Shown piece after piece: positions 9,941-20,585 of a stretch of 64,000 bases of DNA. The translations under genes were made by a program, and so were the position numbers. How positions within the stretch are numbered: the stretch's first letter is position 1; each line of letters starts with the position of its first letter. Origin of the DNA: an uncultured Clostridiaceae bacterium (GTDB lineage: Bacteria; Bacillota; Clostridia; Ch29); contig CAZDSH010000001.1 in the NCBI GenBank assembly GCA_964508195.1, positions 514-64,513 on the forward strand. Reading direction: 5' to 3'. The notes under the pieces are model-generated. The model worked only from the letters and a program-made list of their open reading frames with translations, was not told where the DNA came from and did not search any database.

Positions 9941-12900
9941 TCAAAAAAGCGAAATTTGGTTGGATTCTGGTAATAAGGCTAGACAACCATGGTTTTTCAG
10001 TATATCGATCACCGTACGGTTAACCCGCGCCCTATCCTGTAAATCCTCTACTGATATAAAGGGTCCCCTTTCCTTTGCCTTAATTATGTTCATTGCAGCA
10101 TTTTCCCCAAGACCCTGTAACGCCGTTAATGGCGGAAGCAGTTTATCGTCCTTTATTAAGAAATTTAATCCGTCAGAATTATAAAGGTCCACGGGCAGAA
10201 ATCCAAAGCCCCTATGGTACATCTCAAGGGCGACTTCTAAAATCGTTAGCTGGGATCTTTCCTTATTAGTTAAGGTGTTTCTTTTAGCCTCATATTTTTT
10301 AATAGTTTTTGTTACCGCTTCCTTACCCGCTACGATCAACTGTGCATCGAACTCCTTAGCCTTTATAGTAAAATATGCTGCATAAAATGCTAAGGGATGA
10401 TGCACTTTATAGTAAGCTATTTTAAAGGCCATGGATACATAGGCTACTGCATGGGCCTTCGGAAACATATATTTTATCCTTTTACAAGAATCTATAAACC
10501 ATTGGGGACAGCCTACTTTATCCATCGCCTCTACATCTTCGTTGCTGAGCCCTTTACCCTTCCGTACCTTTTCCATTATGGCGAAGGCCTTTACCGGTTT
10601 CATTCCCTTTTGTACAAGGGATATAAATATATCATCCCTTGTGGATATGACTTCTTTTAAGGTGGTAACACCTTTTTGGATAAGTTTTTGCGCATTGTTA
10701 AGCCATACGTTAGTGCCATGGGACAGGCCGCTAATCCTAACCAACTCCGCTATAGTAGTGGGTTTTGTATCCTGCAATATTTGTCGTACAAACCGTGTGC
10801 CGAACTCCGGAATACCTATGCTCCCCACCGGGCAGCCGATATCATCGGGTTCTATGCCAAGGGGTTCAGTAGAGCTGAATAATCCCATGGTCCTTTTATC
10901 GTCTAGGGTAATATTTTCCGGGTCCTTACCCGTCAGTTTATGTAACATCTTCAATATAGTAGGGTCATCATGGCCTAATATATCCAGCTTGAGCAATCTA
11001 CCGCTTATGGCACGATAATCAAAATGGGTAGTTATAACCTTTGTATTCTGATCATTCGCCGGCCTTTGTACAGGTGTAAATCGGTGTATATCCATATCCC
11101 GGGGTACGATCATTATCCCACCGGGGTGCTGCCCCGTGGTCCTTTTAATGCCGGCACAACCCTGTACAAGGCGGTTTATTTCTGCGTTATGTACCGTTAA
11201 TCCTCGCTCCTCGAGATAACCCTTCACGAAACCGTAGGCGGTCTTGTCCGCTAATGTGGAAATAGTACCTGCACGGTATACCTTTTCCTTGCCGAACAGT
11301 TCCTCAGCAAACCGGTGCGCCGTACTTTGGTATTCGCCTGAAAAGTTAAGGTCTATATCCGGTTCCTTATCCCCTTCAAGGCCCATAAAAACTTCGAAGG
11401 GAATATCAAAACCGTATTTATTAAGGGCTTTACCGCACTTCGGGCAATCTTTATCGGCAAGATCCGCCCCGGCTCCGACGCTGCCATCGACGAAGAAATG
11501 GGAATACTTACAGTTGCTGCATAAATAGTGGGGCGGCAATGGATTGACTTCGGTTATACCGCTCATGGTTGCTACAAGGGAAGAACCTACGGAGCCCCTG
11601 GAGCCTACTAAATAGCCATCTTTTTTTGATCTGGAAACCAATTTTTGTGCCGTAAAAAACATTACAGCATACCCATTATCTATAATAGCCCTAAGCTCTT
11701 TTTTAAGTCTCTCTTTGACTATACGGGGTAATGGCTCGCCGTAAAACCCTTTAGCCCGTTTCCAAAGGATCTCCTCGAGGTCCTCCGCAGCTCCGGGAAT
11801 AGTAGGGGGATATGTTTTAAGGGGCACCGGTAGCAGGCCCCCCTCAATCCGGTTATTTATCTTATTAGGGTTTTTTATTACTATCTCCTTTGCAACATCC
11901 TCACCAAAATATTCGAATTCTTTAAGCATCTCCGAGGTAGTATGCAGGTACAACGACCCTTGGTTGTACGCGTCCTTTACGCCCTTGCCGACCATCACGA
12001 TCTCTCTAAATACGCTATCCGTAGGATCGACAAAATGTACATCCCCCGTAGCTACCGTCGGTATTCCTAATTTTTTACCTATTTCATATACCTTTATATT
12101 TGCATTCTTTATTTCCTCAATACTTTTTACTGTGCCATTATTTATCATAAAACTATTATTCTCGAGGGGTTGCACCTCCAGATAATCGTAAAAGGACGCA
12201 ATTTCTTCTAACTGTTTATCGCCTTTACCCCCTATAACCGCGCTATACAGTTCTCCGGCTTCACAGGCACTACCTACGAGCAATCCCTCCCTATTCTCCG
12301 CAAGAAGGCTTTTTGGTATCCTAGGCGTCTTATAAAAATAATCTATATGGGATTTGCTGACTAGGCGATACATATTGTTTAGGCCCCTTTGGTTTTGTGC
12401 AAGGAGTATAACGTGATAGGGCCTAAGCTTCTTTAGCATCTCCTTGAACCTAGGATCCTCCTTTGACAGCGGTTCCCTTAGCCCTTTATCCTTTTTGATA
12501 CGTGTTATACATTTAATTAGTACCCTTGCAGTGGTCATGGCATCGTCCTTTGCTCTATGGGCCCTGTTTGTATCAATTTTTAGATGTGTCGCTAGGGCGG
12601 ATAATTTATGGGACTTTAACCGGGGAAACAATCTCCTTGTGATAGCCAGGGTATCCACTACTTCGTTTTTTATTCTCAACCCCAAATCCGCGGCTACTAC
12701 TTGCAAAAAACCTAGATCAAAGGGTGCGTTATGTGCTACTAGGACTCCATCATCTACGAAGTCCAAGAACCTAGGGATCACCTGTTCCGCCGATGGAGCA
12801 CCTTTAACCATTTCATCGGTAATCCCCGTCAATTTTATAATTTCCATAGGTATAGGTATACCCGGGTTTATTAATGAATGAAACGAATCGGTTATTTCGC

Positions 12901-14155
12901 CATCCCTAACCCTTAGGGCCCCTATTTCGGTGATCTTGTCCCTTGTAGGGTTAAGACCCGTCGTTTCTATATCGAATACCACAAAGTGATCACAGTCCTC
13001 CCAGTTAAAAGTCGTCTGCCGGTTCAGATATATATCGTCTATTAAATACCCTTCTAGGCCGTAGATTACCTTTATACCGGCTTTTTGAGCCGCTTCATAG
13101 GCCTCGGGAAAGGCCTGAACTACGCCGTGATCAGTTATGGCAATGGCACTATGACCCCAGTTTGCAGCCTTTTGTATAAGTGCATCCACCGGCGCCACGC
13201 CGTCCAGGGCACTGAATCGCGTATGCGCATGCAACTCTATTCTCTTTTCGTCCTCATCATCGCATCTATGTTTTTGGGGTATTAAAAGGGCATCCCTTCC
13301 TATGATCGTTATATCCCTAACGTATTTATTATATTGGGCCTCACCCTTTATCCTAACCCTGTCGCCGATCTGGAACAGGGCCTCCGCCTTCACTTTGTCC
13401 GGCATACCAATAAAAAATCTACATTCTATGGTATCCTTATAATCAGTAACGCATAGGGATAGTAATAATGGATATCTCTTTGAACGTAGTTCCTTGATAT
13501 CCAATTTACATATATCCCCTTCCACTATTACGGTATCAGTATCCTGTATTATTTCATTTATCGGTTTCGGTGTACCTTTAAAGGGTTTGCCAAGGATGGC
13601 TTTTATTTCAGAGGCATCCCCTTCATTTTGGATATGTCGGTTTACTATTTTTCTAACCTCTTTAATCTCTTCTTCCAGCACATTTTCCCTATGGAGTGCG
13701 CTATAGTCAGTCTTTCCGTCATTACTCAATTTTAAGCCTATAGATATATCTTTGCCGCTTAGTGCGCTTATAAGCCTTTGGGTGAAGGTTTTAAATCCGC
13801 GACTGTGGAGGGCTTGTATTGCTAATTCGTCACCTAGCTCAATAAAAAGGCGGCCCTTATCATCTAACTTATATGTACAGTCGCTGAGCCATGCCTTACA
13901 AGTAGGGTAGGTTCTATCCCAAAGGGAACAAAAAAAATCCCAATGACGATTAAGCAAAGTATCCAGGCTACAATCCTTGGCCGATTGTATTAATTCAATT
14001 TTTATATCTTTATTTTTTTTAAATTTTTTTGTTATTTCTTCTAGGGATGAATTTAACGTCGCCCCATGATTATAGTTATTATTCGTTATAATCAGTATCT
14101 CCGAAGTCTTTTCATTTACTAGTACCCTTTCGATTCCTTCCATCGTTGTGCCCAT
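9941..14155 (-). CDS. polC: DNA polymerase III alpha subunit, PolC type
   Basis: 1404 aa. PHP motif HAHTRFSALDG, inserted 3'-5' exonuclease motifs (DIETTGL, HNAPFDLGFL), Zn finger CSNCKY...CPKCG, and the polymerase core. Confidence 0.97.
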   Translation of the reverse strand: MGTTMEGIERVLVNEKTSEILIITNNNYNHGATLNSSLEEITKKFKKNKDIKIELIQSAKDCSLDTLLNRHWDFFCSLWDRTYPTCKAWLSDCTYKLDDKGRLFIELGDELAIQALHSRGFKTFTQRLISALSGKDISIGLKLSNDGKTDYSALHRENVLEEEIKEVRKIVNRHIQNEGDASEIKAILGKPFKGTPKPINEIIQDTDTVIVEGDICKLDIKELRSKRYPLLLSLCVTDYKDTIECRFFIGMPDKVKAEALFQIGDRVRIKGEAQYNKYVRDITIIGRDALLIPQKHRCDDEDEKRIELHAHTRFSALDGVAPVDALIQKAANWGHSAIAITDHGVVQAFPEAYEAAQKAGIKVIYGLEGYLIDDIYLNRQTTFNWEDCDHFVVFDIETTGLNPTRDKITEIGALRVRDGEITDSFHSLINPGIPIPMEIIKLTGITDEMVKGAPSAEQVIPRFLDFVDDGVLVAHNAPFDLGFLQVVAADLGLRIKNEVVDTLAITRRLFPRLKSHKLSALATHLKIDTNRAHRAKDDAMTTARVLIKCITRIKKDKGLREPLSKEDPRFKEMLKKLRPYHVILLAQNQRGLNNMYRLVSKSHIDYFYKTPRIPKSLLAENREGLLVGSACEAGELYSAVIGGKGDKQLEEIASFYDYLEVQPLENNSFMINNGTVKSIEEIKNANIKVYEIGKKLGIPTVATGDVHFVDPTDSVFREIVMVGKGVKDAYNQGSLYLHTTSEMLKEFEYFGEDVAKEIVIKNPNKINNRIEGGLLPVPLKTYPPTIPGAAEDLEEILWKRAKGFYGEPLPRIVKERLKKELRAIIDNGYAVMFFTAQKLVSRSKKDGYLVGSRGSVGSSLVATMSGITEVNPLPPHYLCSNCKYSHFFVDGSVGAGADLADKDCPKCGKALNKYGFDIPFEVFMGLEGDKEPDIDLNFSGEYQSTAHRFAEELFGKEKVYRAGTISTLADKTAYGFVKGYLEERGLTVHNAEINRLVQGCAGIKRTTGQHPGGIMIVPRDMDIHRFTPVQRPANDQNTKVITTHFDYRAISGRLLKLDILGHDDPTILKMLHKLTGKDPENITLDDKRTMGLFSSTEPLGIEPDDIGCPVGSIGIPEFGTRFVRQILQDTKPTTIAELVRISGLSHGTNVWLNNAQKLIQKGVTTLKEVISTRDDIFISLVQKGMKPVKAFAIMEKVRKGKGLSNEDVEAMDKVGCPQWFIDSCKRIKYMFPKAHAVAYVSMAFKIAYYKVHHPLAFYAAYFTIKAKEFDAQLIVAGKEAVTKTIKKYEAKRNTLTNKERSQLTILEVALEMYHRGFGFLPVDLYNSDGLNFLIKDDKLLPPLTALQGLGENAAMNIIKAKERGPFISVEDLQDRARVNRTVIDILKNHGCLALLPESNQISLF

Positions 14156-14251
14156 ATATAAAACATAACCCCCTGAATAGTTAAGCCCAATGTTTTATAA
14201 GTTCTCCTATCCTAAAAATTATGTCATACTTACGGTTTGGTATAATCCGTA

Positions 14252-14887
14252 TTATTGCTGTTTAAAGGTCATTACTTTCACTATATCCCCGTACATCTTC
14301 AGCCGTTCAGCAAGCCCGCGTATTATGCCGCGTTTTTCCTCCTTCATAGCATGGGATACATGCTTTAGCTGTACCTCTTTAATCCTTATATTGTTCTTTT
14401 TAACGTAACGAGTTAGGGCAACTTCTACGCCGTACCGACTTACTTCTAATCCGTTTATCTCCTTTAACAGTCCGCGTCTAATAGCCCTTTGTCCGGATAA
14501 AAAGGGTGCCACTTTCTGGGCTATATCTGTTGTTAGCCGCCCGTTTGCGAAAATGCCTATAGCCATATCGTAATCCCCTGAAAGGACCGGTTCCAAAAGG
14601 TTGTTTACGTCCCTTGGCTCGAACCCATAAAGGTCCGCATCCAGGAAAAGTATTACTTTAGATTGACAATTCCTTAGGCCTTTACATAGCGCTCCGCCTT
14701 TACCGAGGTTTTTATCATTTATTATAACCTTAACCCCCAACTCCTGGGCAATTTTCGCGGTGTTATCCTCCGAACCGTCGTCCACTACAATTATTTCGTC
14801 AACAAGGCTGGACTTTTTTACGGCTTCTAAAACGGACGGGATTCTTTCTTCTTCGTTGTATGCGGGGATTATCGCGGTCACTTCCAT
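14252..14887 (-). CDS. family-2 glycosyltransferase, short soluble form (GpgS-like)
   Basis: 211 aa GT-A fold with IIPAYNEE, VVDDGSEDNT and the DxD motif LDADL. The C-terminal SRYGVEVAL resembles the GYGVE region of glucosyl-3-phosphoglycerate synthases. No TM segment. Confidence 0.75.
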   Translation of the reverse strand: MEVTAIIPAYNEEERIPSVLEAVKKSSLVDEIIVVDDGSEDNTAKIAQELGVKVIINDKNLGKGGALCKGLRNCQSKVILFLDADLYGFEPRDVNNLLEPVLSGDYDMAIGIFANGRLTTDIAQKVAPFLSGQRAIRRGLLKEINGLEVSRYGVEVALTRYVKKNNIRIKEVQLKHVSHAMKEEKRGIIRGLAERLKMYGDIVKVMTFKQQ

Positions 14888-14941
14888 TAATATTTCCTCC
14901 CGAAACCATTATGTTTTACTGCCTTAAAACGACTGAACTTT

Positions 14942-16387
14942 TTAATAAGCCCTTGCGAAATAGGGTATCCTGCTAGCGGGCTTATCGCAGACTATACATG
15001 TACCTTTATTATTATTATTCTGTTCAAGGGGAATACACCGAATAGTTGCGCCGGTCTTTTCCTTTATGTAGGCCTCACATTCAGCGTCTTCGCACCATGC
15101 AGCCCTTATAAAACCCCTTTGGCTTTCGATAATTGAAATAAACGCATCCATATCCTTAGCCGTGCGTATATTTTCATTCCTGAAATTAAGGGCTTTTTTA
15201 AACATCCCCTGATGTACTTCCTCTAATAATGCATCAATTCTTTTCTTTAGCCCCTCCATGGGTAGGATTATTTTTTCGCCTGTATCACGCTTTACCGCTA
15301 CTACTTGGTTTTTTTCAACGTCCCTAGGACCGATTTCCAGCCTTAGGGGTACGCCCTTTAATTCCCACTCGTTAAATTTCCAGCCGACGCTGTAAGTATC
15401 CCTGGAGTCTAATTCTATCCTATAATCTTGGGCTAGATCCTTAAAGAGCCTATCGGCCGTTTCCAGTACACCTTCTTTGTGCTGTGCGATAGGTATTAGC
15501 ACTATTTGATAAGGAGCCACCTTCGGAGGCAGTATCAAACCACGGTCATCGCCGTGGACCATTATGATGCCCCCAATAAGCCTCGTAGATACTCCCCAGG
15601 ACGTGGACCATACATATTTTAATTCGCCGTCCCTATCTAGATATTGTATATCAAAGACCTTTGCAAAGTGTTGGCCGAGGTTATGGGAGGTTCCCGCTTG
15701 GAGGGCTTTGCCGTCTAACATTAAAGCCTCCATGGAATATGTCATTTTGGCACCGGCAAATTTTTCCCTATCGGACTTTTCACCTGTAAGCATAGGGATG
15801 CCTAATATATTTTCCGCAAAATCCTTGTATATATTCAACATCTGCAGTGTTTCCGCCTGGGCCTCCTGTTCCGTCCTATGGGCGGTATGACCCTCCTGCC
15901 ATAAAAATTCCGAGGTCCTCAAAAAGGGTCGAGTGCTCTTTTCCCATCTTACGACATTACACCATTGGTTATATAATATGGGCAAATCCCGGTAGGATTT
16001 TATCCATTTAGAGTACATGCTACATATTATTGCCTCGGAGGTGGGCCTTACGGCTATTCGTTCCGCTAGCTTTTCGTCACCGCCCTCGGTTACCCAAGCT
16101 ACCTCCGGCGCAAACCCTTCAACGTGCTCCGCTTCTTTTTGGAGCAGGCTTTCAGGGATAAAGAGCGGGAAATAAGCATTCTTGTGGCCGGTAGCCTTCA
16201 ACATTTTATCGAGTTCTTTTTGCATATTCTCCCAGAGGGCATAGCCGTAGGGTTTGATAACCATAAACCCCTTTACCGGAGCATAGTCCACAAGATCGGC
16301 TTTCCGTATAACATCGGTATACCATTGTGAGAAATCTTCTTCTTGCTTTGCGATTTGTGTTACAAAATCCTCTTGCCCCTTGCTCAT
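14942..16387 (-). CDS. proS: proline--tRNA ligase (archaeal/eukaryote-like type lacking the INS editing domain)
   Basis: Class II aaRS motifs (FRTSEFLWQEGHTAH) and a C-terminal Zn-binding-like domain ending in ...PYFARAY. Start set at ATG 16387, 7 nt after AGGGG. Confidence 0.93.
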   Translation of the reverse strand: MSKGQEDFVTQIAKQEEDFSQWYTDVIRKADLVDYAPVKGFMVIKPYGYALWENMQKELDKMLKATGHKNAYFPLFIPESLLQKEAEHVEGFAPEVAWVTEGGDEKLAERIAVRPTSEAIICSMYSKWIKSYRDLPILYNQWCNVVRWEKSTRPFLRTSEFLWQEGHTAHRTEQEAQAETLQMLNIYKDFAENILGIPMLTGEKSDREKFAGAKMTYSMEALMLDGKALQAGTSHNLGQHFAKVFDIQYLDRDGELKYVWSTSWGVSTRLIGGIIMVHGDDRGLILPPKVAPYQIVLIPIAQHKEGVLETADRLFKDLAQDYRIELDSRDTYSVGWKFNEWELKGVPLRLEIGPRDVEKNQVVAVKRDTGEKIILPMEGLKKRIDALLEEVHQGMFKKALNFRNENIRTAKDMDAFISIIESQRGFIRAAWCEDAECEAYIKEKTGATIRCIPLEQNNNNKGTCIVCDKPASRIPYFARAY

Positions 16388-16481
16388 ATTTATACCCCTT
16401 TCAAAAATAAGATAAACCTTTATCCTCATGTACTAAAAATCCTCTACACGCATGCAACGTAACAACGGTTGGGGGTTATTG

Positions 16482-17531
16482 TTAGTATTTATCTATCTCC
16501 TCCATGAGGGCTTCTAATAGCTGATCCTCTTTAACGTTCTTTATTATCTTACCGTCCTTGAACACTATTCCCTTTCCATCGCCCCCGGCTATACCTAAAT
16601 CCGCGTCCCGGGCTTCACCGGGGCCATTTACTGCACAGCCCATTATAGCAACCTTAAGGTTTTTTTCTATGGGTTCTACCATTTCAGTTACCTCTTCCAC
16701 TAGCTCCCTAAGGTTAATGCGACATCGGCCACAGGTAGGACAGGAAATAATTTCTATAGTAGGTCTTTTATAAAGCCCCAGGGCCTTTAATATCTCTTTG
16801 CCCACCTCTACTTCCCGCATCGGCTGATCCGTTAGGGATACCCTTATAGTATCCCCGATACCTTTCATTAGCAGAAGCCCAATACCTATAGCCGATTTTA
16901 CGGTACCGCCTAAAAACGTACCGGCCTCAGTAACGCCAACATGTAACGGATAATCTGTTCTATCCGATATAGCTCTGTAGGCCCTAACCGTTGTATTGAC
17001 GTCGGAAGCTTTAAGGGATAATTTCATATTATAAAAATGCATGTTTTCTATGAGCCTTACATTTCTTAAAGCACTCTCTACGAGGGCCTCGGCACAGACC
17101 CCCTTGTATTTTCTAAGTATATCCTTTTCTAAAGAGCCGCCGTTTATCCCTATCCTTATAGGTATATCCTTTTGGGCTGCAGCCCTTACAATCCTCTCTA
17201 TGCGCTGCGTCGAACCAATATTACCGGGGTTTATACGTAATGCATCAGCCCCGGCATCGATGGATTTCAGGGCGAGCTTATAATCAAAGTGTATGTCCGC
17301 TATAAGGGGTATAGATATTTTATCCTTAATATCGGCAATACATAACGCGGATTCCATGTCCGGCACCGCCACCCTGATTATGTCGCAGCCTTTTTTTTGT
17401 AATCCTAGTATTTGTTCAACCGTAGCCCTAACGTTACAGGTTTCAGTATCCGTCATTGATTGTATTGATATAGGGCTACCCCCGCCTATAGGTACATCCC
17501 CTACGTGTATTTTTTTCGTACTGCTTCCCAT
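16482..17531 (-). CDS. ispG: 4-hydroxy-3-methylbut-2-en-1-yl diphosphate synthase (flavodoxin)
   Basis: GcpE family with Fe-S cysteines CPTCGRC and GCAVNGPGEA. Start set at ATG 17531, 9 nt after GGAG. Confidence 0.94.
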   Translation of the reverse strand: MGSSTKKIHVGDVPIGGGSPISIQSMTDTETCNVRATVEQILGLQKKGCDIIRVAVPDMESALCIADIKDKISIPLIADIHFDYKLALKSIDAGADALRINPGNIGSTQRIERIVRAAAQKDIPIRIGINGGSLEKDILRKYKGVCAEALVESALRNVRLIENMHFYNMKLSLKASDVNTTVRAYRAISDRTDYPLHVGVTEAGTFLGGTVKSAIGIGLLLMKGIGDTIRVSLTDQPMREVEVGKEILKALGLYKRPTIEIISCPTCGRCRINLRELVEEVTEMVEPIEKNLKVAIMGCAVNGPGEARDADLGIAGGDGKGIVFKDGKIIKNVKEDQLLEALMEEIDKY

Positions 17532-17549
17532 AAAACCCACGCTCCGTTT

Positions 17550-18569
17550 TTAAAATAACCCTGGCCTCGTTATATCCTTCCAGGTTATTAATATTATTAG
17601 CATCAATAAGAATACAAAGCCGATTAAATGTATAAGGCCCTCCTTCTCGAGGTCGACGGGTTTTCCGCGGATACCCTCTAGGACTAGGAAAGCTAACCTG
17701 CCGCCGTCTAACGCAGGGATAGGCAACAGGTTAATGACCCCCAGGTTAAGGCTCAAAAAAGCCGTTAGGGATAAAACATCTATTATACCGGTCTTTGTAG
17801 CCTGGTTCACCAGTTGGATAATCCCTACTGCGCCCATTATTTCATCCGGGGCGGCTCGGCCGGCTACTAATTGTCCCAGATAGCCTACCATAGCACCGAT
17901 AACCTCTATGCTCTTCATAACGGCTAGGTAGATCGAGCCTAAGGGGTTTTTCCTTGATTGGGGTGTAATGCCTATCATTTTTTGTCCGGTATCGACGTTA
18001 ACGATAGGGAACACTACGATACTAAGCACTTCATCCCCTCGTTCTACTAACACATTCATTTGTTCGGTTTTGGAAGCGGCTATAATGTTCTGCAACCTAT
18101 CCCAGCTCTCTATCTTCTCGCCATCAATATATATTATTTTGTCCTTAGGCCGTAGACCCGCCTCCTCCGCGGGGTGATCCTTTATAACCGTATCTATAAT
18201 GGTCGTAGGCGTTCCGATAATACAAAATATTATGCTTAAAGAAATTATCGCTAGCAAAATATTCATCATTGGCCCCGCCAATATTACACCGATCCTTCTT
18301 CCAAGGGATTTGCTGTTAAAGGAACCCTCCCCTTTGACCTTATCATCCTCACCTAACATCTTTACGTAACCGCCGATAGGGAATACACGGAGGGAGTATT
18401 CGGTCTCGTTGGAACCCCAGGATACCAGCTTTGGTCCCATGCCTATAGAAAACTCCTCCACTGTAATCCCCGCCCTTTTAGCGGCGATGAAATGTCCAAA
18501 TTCATGGAAGAATATCATTAATGTAAATATGATTATAGATGTTATCGTAGTTATTATTGCCGGATTCAA
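17550..18569 (-). CDS. rseP: RIP metalloprotease RseP/RasP (site-2 protease)
   Basis: HEFGH zinc motif in TM1, a PDZ domain, and NLLPIPALDGG in the C-terminal TM region. Confidence 0.92.
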   Translation of the reverse strand: MNPAIITTITSIIIFTLMIFFHEFGHFIAAKRAGITVEEFSIGMGPKLVSWGSNETEYSLRVFPIGGYVKMLGEDDKVKGEGSFNSKSLGRRIGVILAGPMMNILLAIISLSIIFCIIGTPTTIIDTVIKDHPAEEAGLRPKDKIIYIDGEKIESWDRLQNIIAASKTEQMNVLVERGDEVLSIVVFPIVNVDTGQKMIGITPQSRKNPLGSIYLAVMKSIEVIGAMVGYLGQLVAGRAAPDEIMGAVGIIQLVNQATKTGIIDVLSLTAFLSLNLGVINLLPIPALDGGRLAFLVLEGIRGKPVDLEKEGLIHLIGFVFLLMLIILITWKDITRPGLF

Positions 18570-19735
18570 TACTTTCCACCTTCTTTTTTAATCATAGCAT
18601 TAGCCTGTTCTCTACTCCATATATCCCAATGCAATATATCCTTTAAAATCAGCTTTTTTTGGACTGTATGCTTCTCCATGACCTTCTCCACTATTATAGG
18701 TATATAATTAAAGGGTATATCGCCCTTTAAAAAACGATCCACGGCGATCTCGTTAGCCCCGTTTAGTACAACGGGCATGGATCCGCCGGTCGCAAGGGCG
18801 TAATAGGCTAGCCCCAACGCCGGGAAAGTTTCCATGTCGGGTTTGAAAAATTCTAAACTACCCGCTGCCACGGGATCGTATTGCGGTAACCCCGTGGGTC
18901 TCCGGTCGGGATATGTAAGGGCGTATTGTATAGGTATCCGCATGTCCGGTACCCCTAATTGAGCTAAAACCGCACCGTCCGCCATCTCTACCATGGAATG
19001 TACTATGCTCTGGGGATGGACCAATACTTCAATTCTATCGGCCCCTAACCCAAACAGCCATCTCGCTTCTATAACTTCTAACCCTTTGTTCATAAGGGTT
19101 GCGGAATCTATAGAAATCTTTTTACCCATGTTCCAGTTAGGATGCTTTATGGCCTCACGGGGAGTTACATTTTTTAGCTCCTTGGAGGTTTTGCCTAAAA
19201 AAGGTCCGCCGGAGGCGGTGAGCAACAGTTTGCTTATTTGGGAGGTCGGCGTGTCACCGATACATTGGAATATAGCCGAATGTTCGCTGTCTACGGGTAT
19301 TATTTTAACGCCTTTTTCCATAGCCCTATCCATTACTAATTTGCCGCCGGCAACGAGGGTTTCTTTATTGGCGAGGGCTATATCCTTCCCGGCCTCTATA
19401 GCCCTAAGGGTAGGTAAAAGCCCCGCTATGCCTACCATACCGTTTACGACTATATCGCAGCCGCTTTCAGTTATACATTTTAATATACCTTCCTCTCCGT
19501 CGAGGACTACGGTATCCCTATTATCGCCTAGGGCATTCCTCAGTCTTTGGGCATTTTCGTAATTTAAAAGGGCCACTATAGACGGTTTAGCCCGTCGTAT
19601 CTGTTTTAGCATCAAACGGTCGTTTTCCTTGGCGGTAAGGGCAACGATTTTGTATTCCCTAGGCATAGCCGAGACTACTTGTAAAGTCTGGCGGCCTATA
19701 GATCCGGTGCTACCTAAAACTGCAATCTTTTTCAA
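18566..19735 (-). CDS. dxr: 1-deoxy-D-xylulose 5-phosphate reductoisomerase
   Basis: NADPH-binding motif GSTGSIG, plus SEHSAIFQC and HPNWNMG. 4-nt ATGA overlap with rseP. Confidence 0.95.
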   Translation of the reverse strand: MKKIAVLGSTGSIGRQTLQVVSAMPREYKIVALTAKENDRLMLKQIRRAKPSIVALLNYENAQRLRNALGDNRDTVVLDGEEGILKCITESGCDIVVNGMVGIAGLLPTLRAIEAGKDIALANKETLVAGGKLVMDRAMEKGVKIIPVDSEHSAIFQCIGDTPTSQISKLLLTASGGPFLGKTSKELKNVTPREAIKHPNWNMGKKISIDSATLMNKGLEVIEARWLFGLGADRIEVLVHPQSIVHSMVEMADGAVLAQLGVPDMRIPIQYALTYPDRRPTGLPQYDPVAAGSLEFFKPDMETFPALGLAYYALATGGSMPVVLNGANEIAVDRFLKGDIPFNYIPIIVEKVMEKHTVQKKLILKDILHWDIWSREQANAMIKKEGGKY

Positions 19736-19754
19736 GGTTATCCGACCCTTTCCG

Positions 19755-20585
19755 TTACCGTATTACCGGTAAACCTATTTCTATAATATAGTATATAACA
19801 GGTGTAGTAAACAATATACTGTCAAACCTATCTAAAATACCGCCATGACCGGGCATGAGCTTACCGAAGTCCTTTATATTGGCGTATCTCTTTAGCAGTG
19901 ATGCGGCCAGGTCCCCCATCTGGGCCATAATACCGCCTATCAAGCTAATAGGTATAAGCCGTAAGTTATGCACCTTAAGCCCCGTTATCCTGTGCACAAT
20001 AAGGCCAAATACAAGGGTACCTAAAACGCTACCAAAAATGCCACCTATTGCTCCTTCTACGGATTTTTTAGGACTTATCTCGGGACACAGTTTATGTTTG
20101 CCGAAGTTTATGCCTACGAAATAAGCGAAGGTATCCCCTATCCAAGCTATAATAAATACTAACCATATTATTATAGGCCCGTGGTCCATACTATATATAA
20201 GAAAAATCATGCTCATAAGCAACGAAACATAAATAAGCCCTAAAAGGGTTACGCCAAGGTCCAGTATACGTGCTTTGTTTTGGGCTATCATGGCTACGAA
20301 ACATGTTAAGGTACAAAAAACCACCGCGGCGGTTACATAGGTCAGGGCGGCGTTGCTATAGACACCCATAGTTATATTTATAATAGCACCGGTTAATATC
20401 CCGATCATATAAAAGGGGCGTACATCCGTTGTATGGAATGTATTATAGAATTCCCATAGAGCTATCGTTGAAACCGCGGTAAGAACAATTAGCAGGATTT
20501 TCCCCCCTAGAGCGAGTACGGCTACTAACAAAGGTATTGCTAATAGGGCGCTGGATATCCTAGTCCGCATTATTGATCCCCCCAT
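19755..20585 (-). CDS. cdsA: phosphatidate cytidylyltransferase
   Basis: Multi-TM protein with the CDS signature LLKRYANIKDFGKLMPGHGGILDRFDS. An alternative start is the Met at 20570. Confidence 0.92.
   Translation of the reverse strand: MGGSIMRTRISSALLAIPLLVAVLALGGKILLIVLTAVSTIALWEFYNTFHTTDVRPFYMIGILTGAIINITMGVYSNAALTYVTAAVVFCTLTCFVAMIAQNKARILDLGVTLLGLIYVSLLMSMIFLIYSMDHGPIIIWLVFIIAWIGDTFAYFVGINFGKHKLCPEISPKKSVEGAIGGIFGSVLGTLVFGLIVHRITGLKVHNLRLIPISLIGGIMAQMGDLAASLLKRYANIKDFGKLMPGHGGILDRFDSILFTTPVIYYIIEIGLPVIR

Noticed and set aside
16388-16481. A T-box leader upstream of proS, which is common for aaRS genes in Firmicutes.
   Set aside because: Only ~95 nt separate the ispG stop from the proS start. 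That is too short for a T-box, and I saw no specifier-loop or T-box (AGGGUGGNACCGCG-like) sequence.
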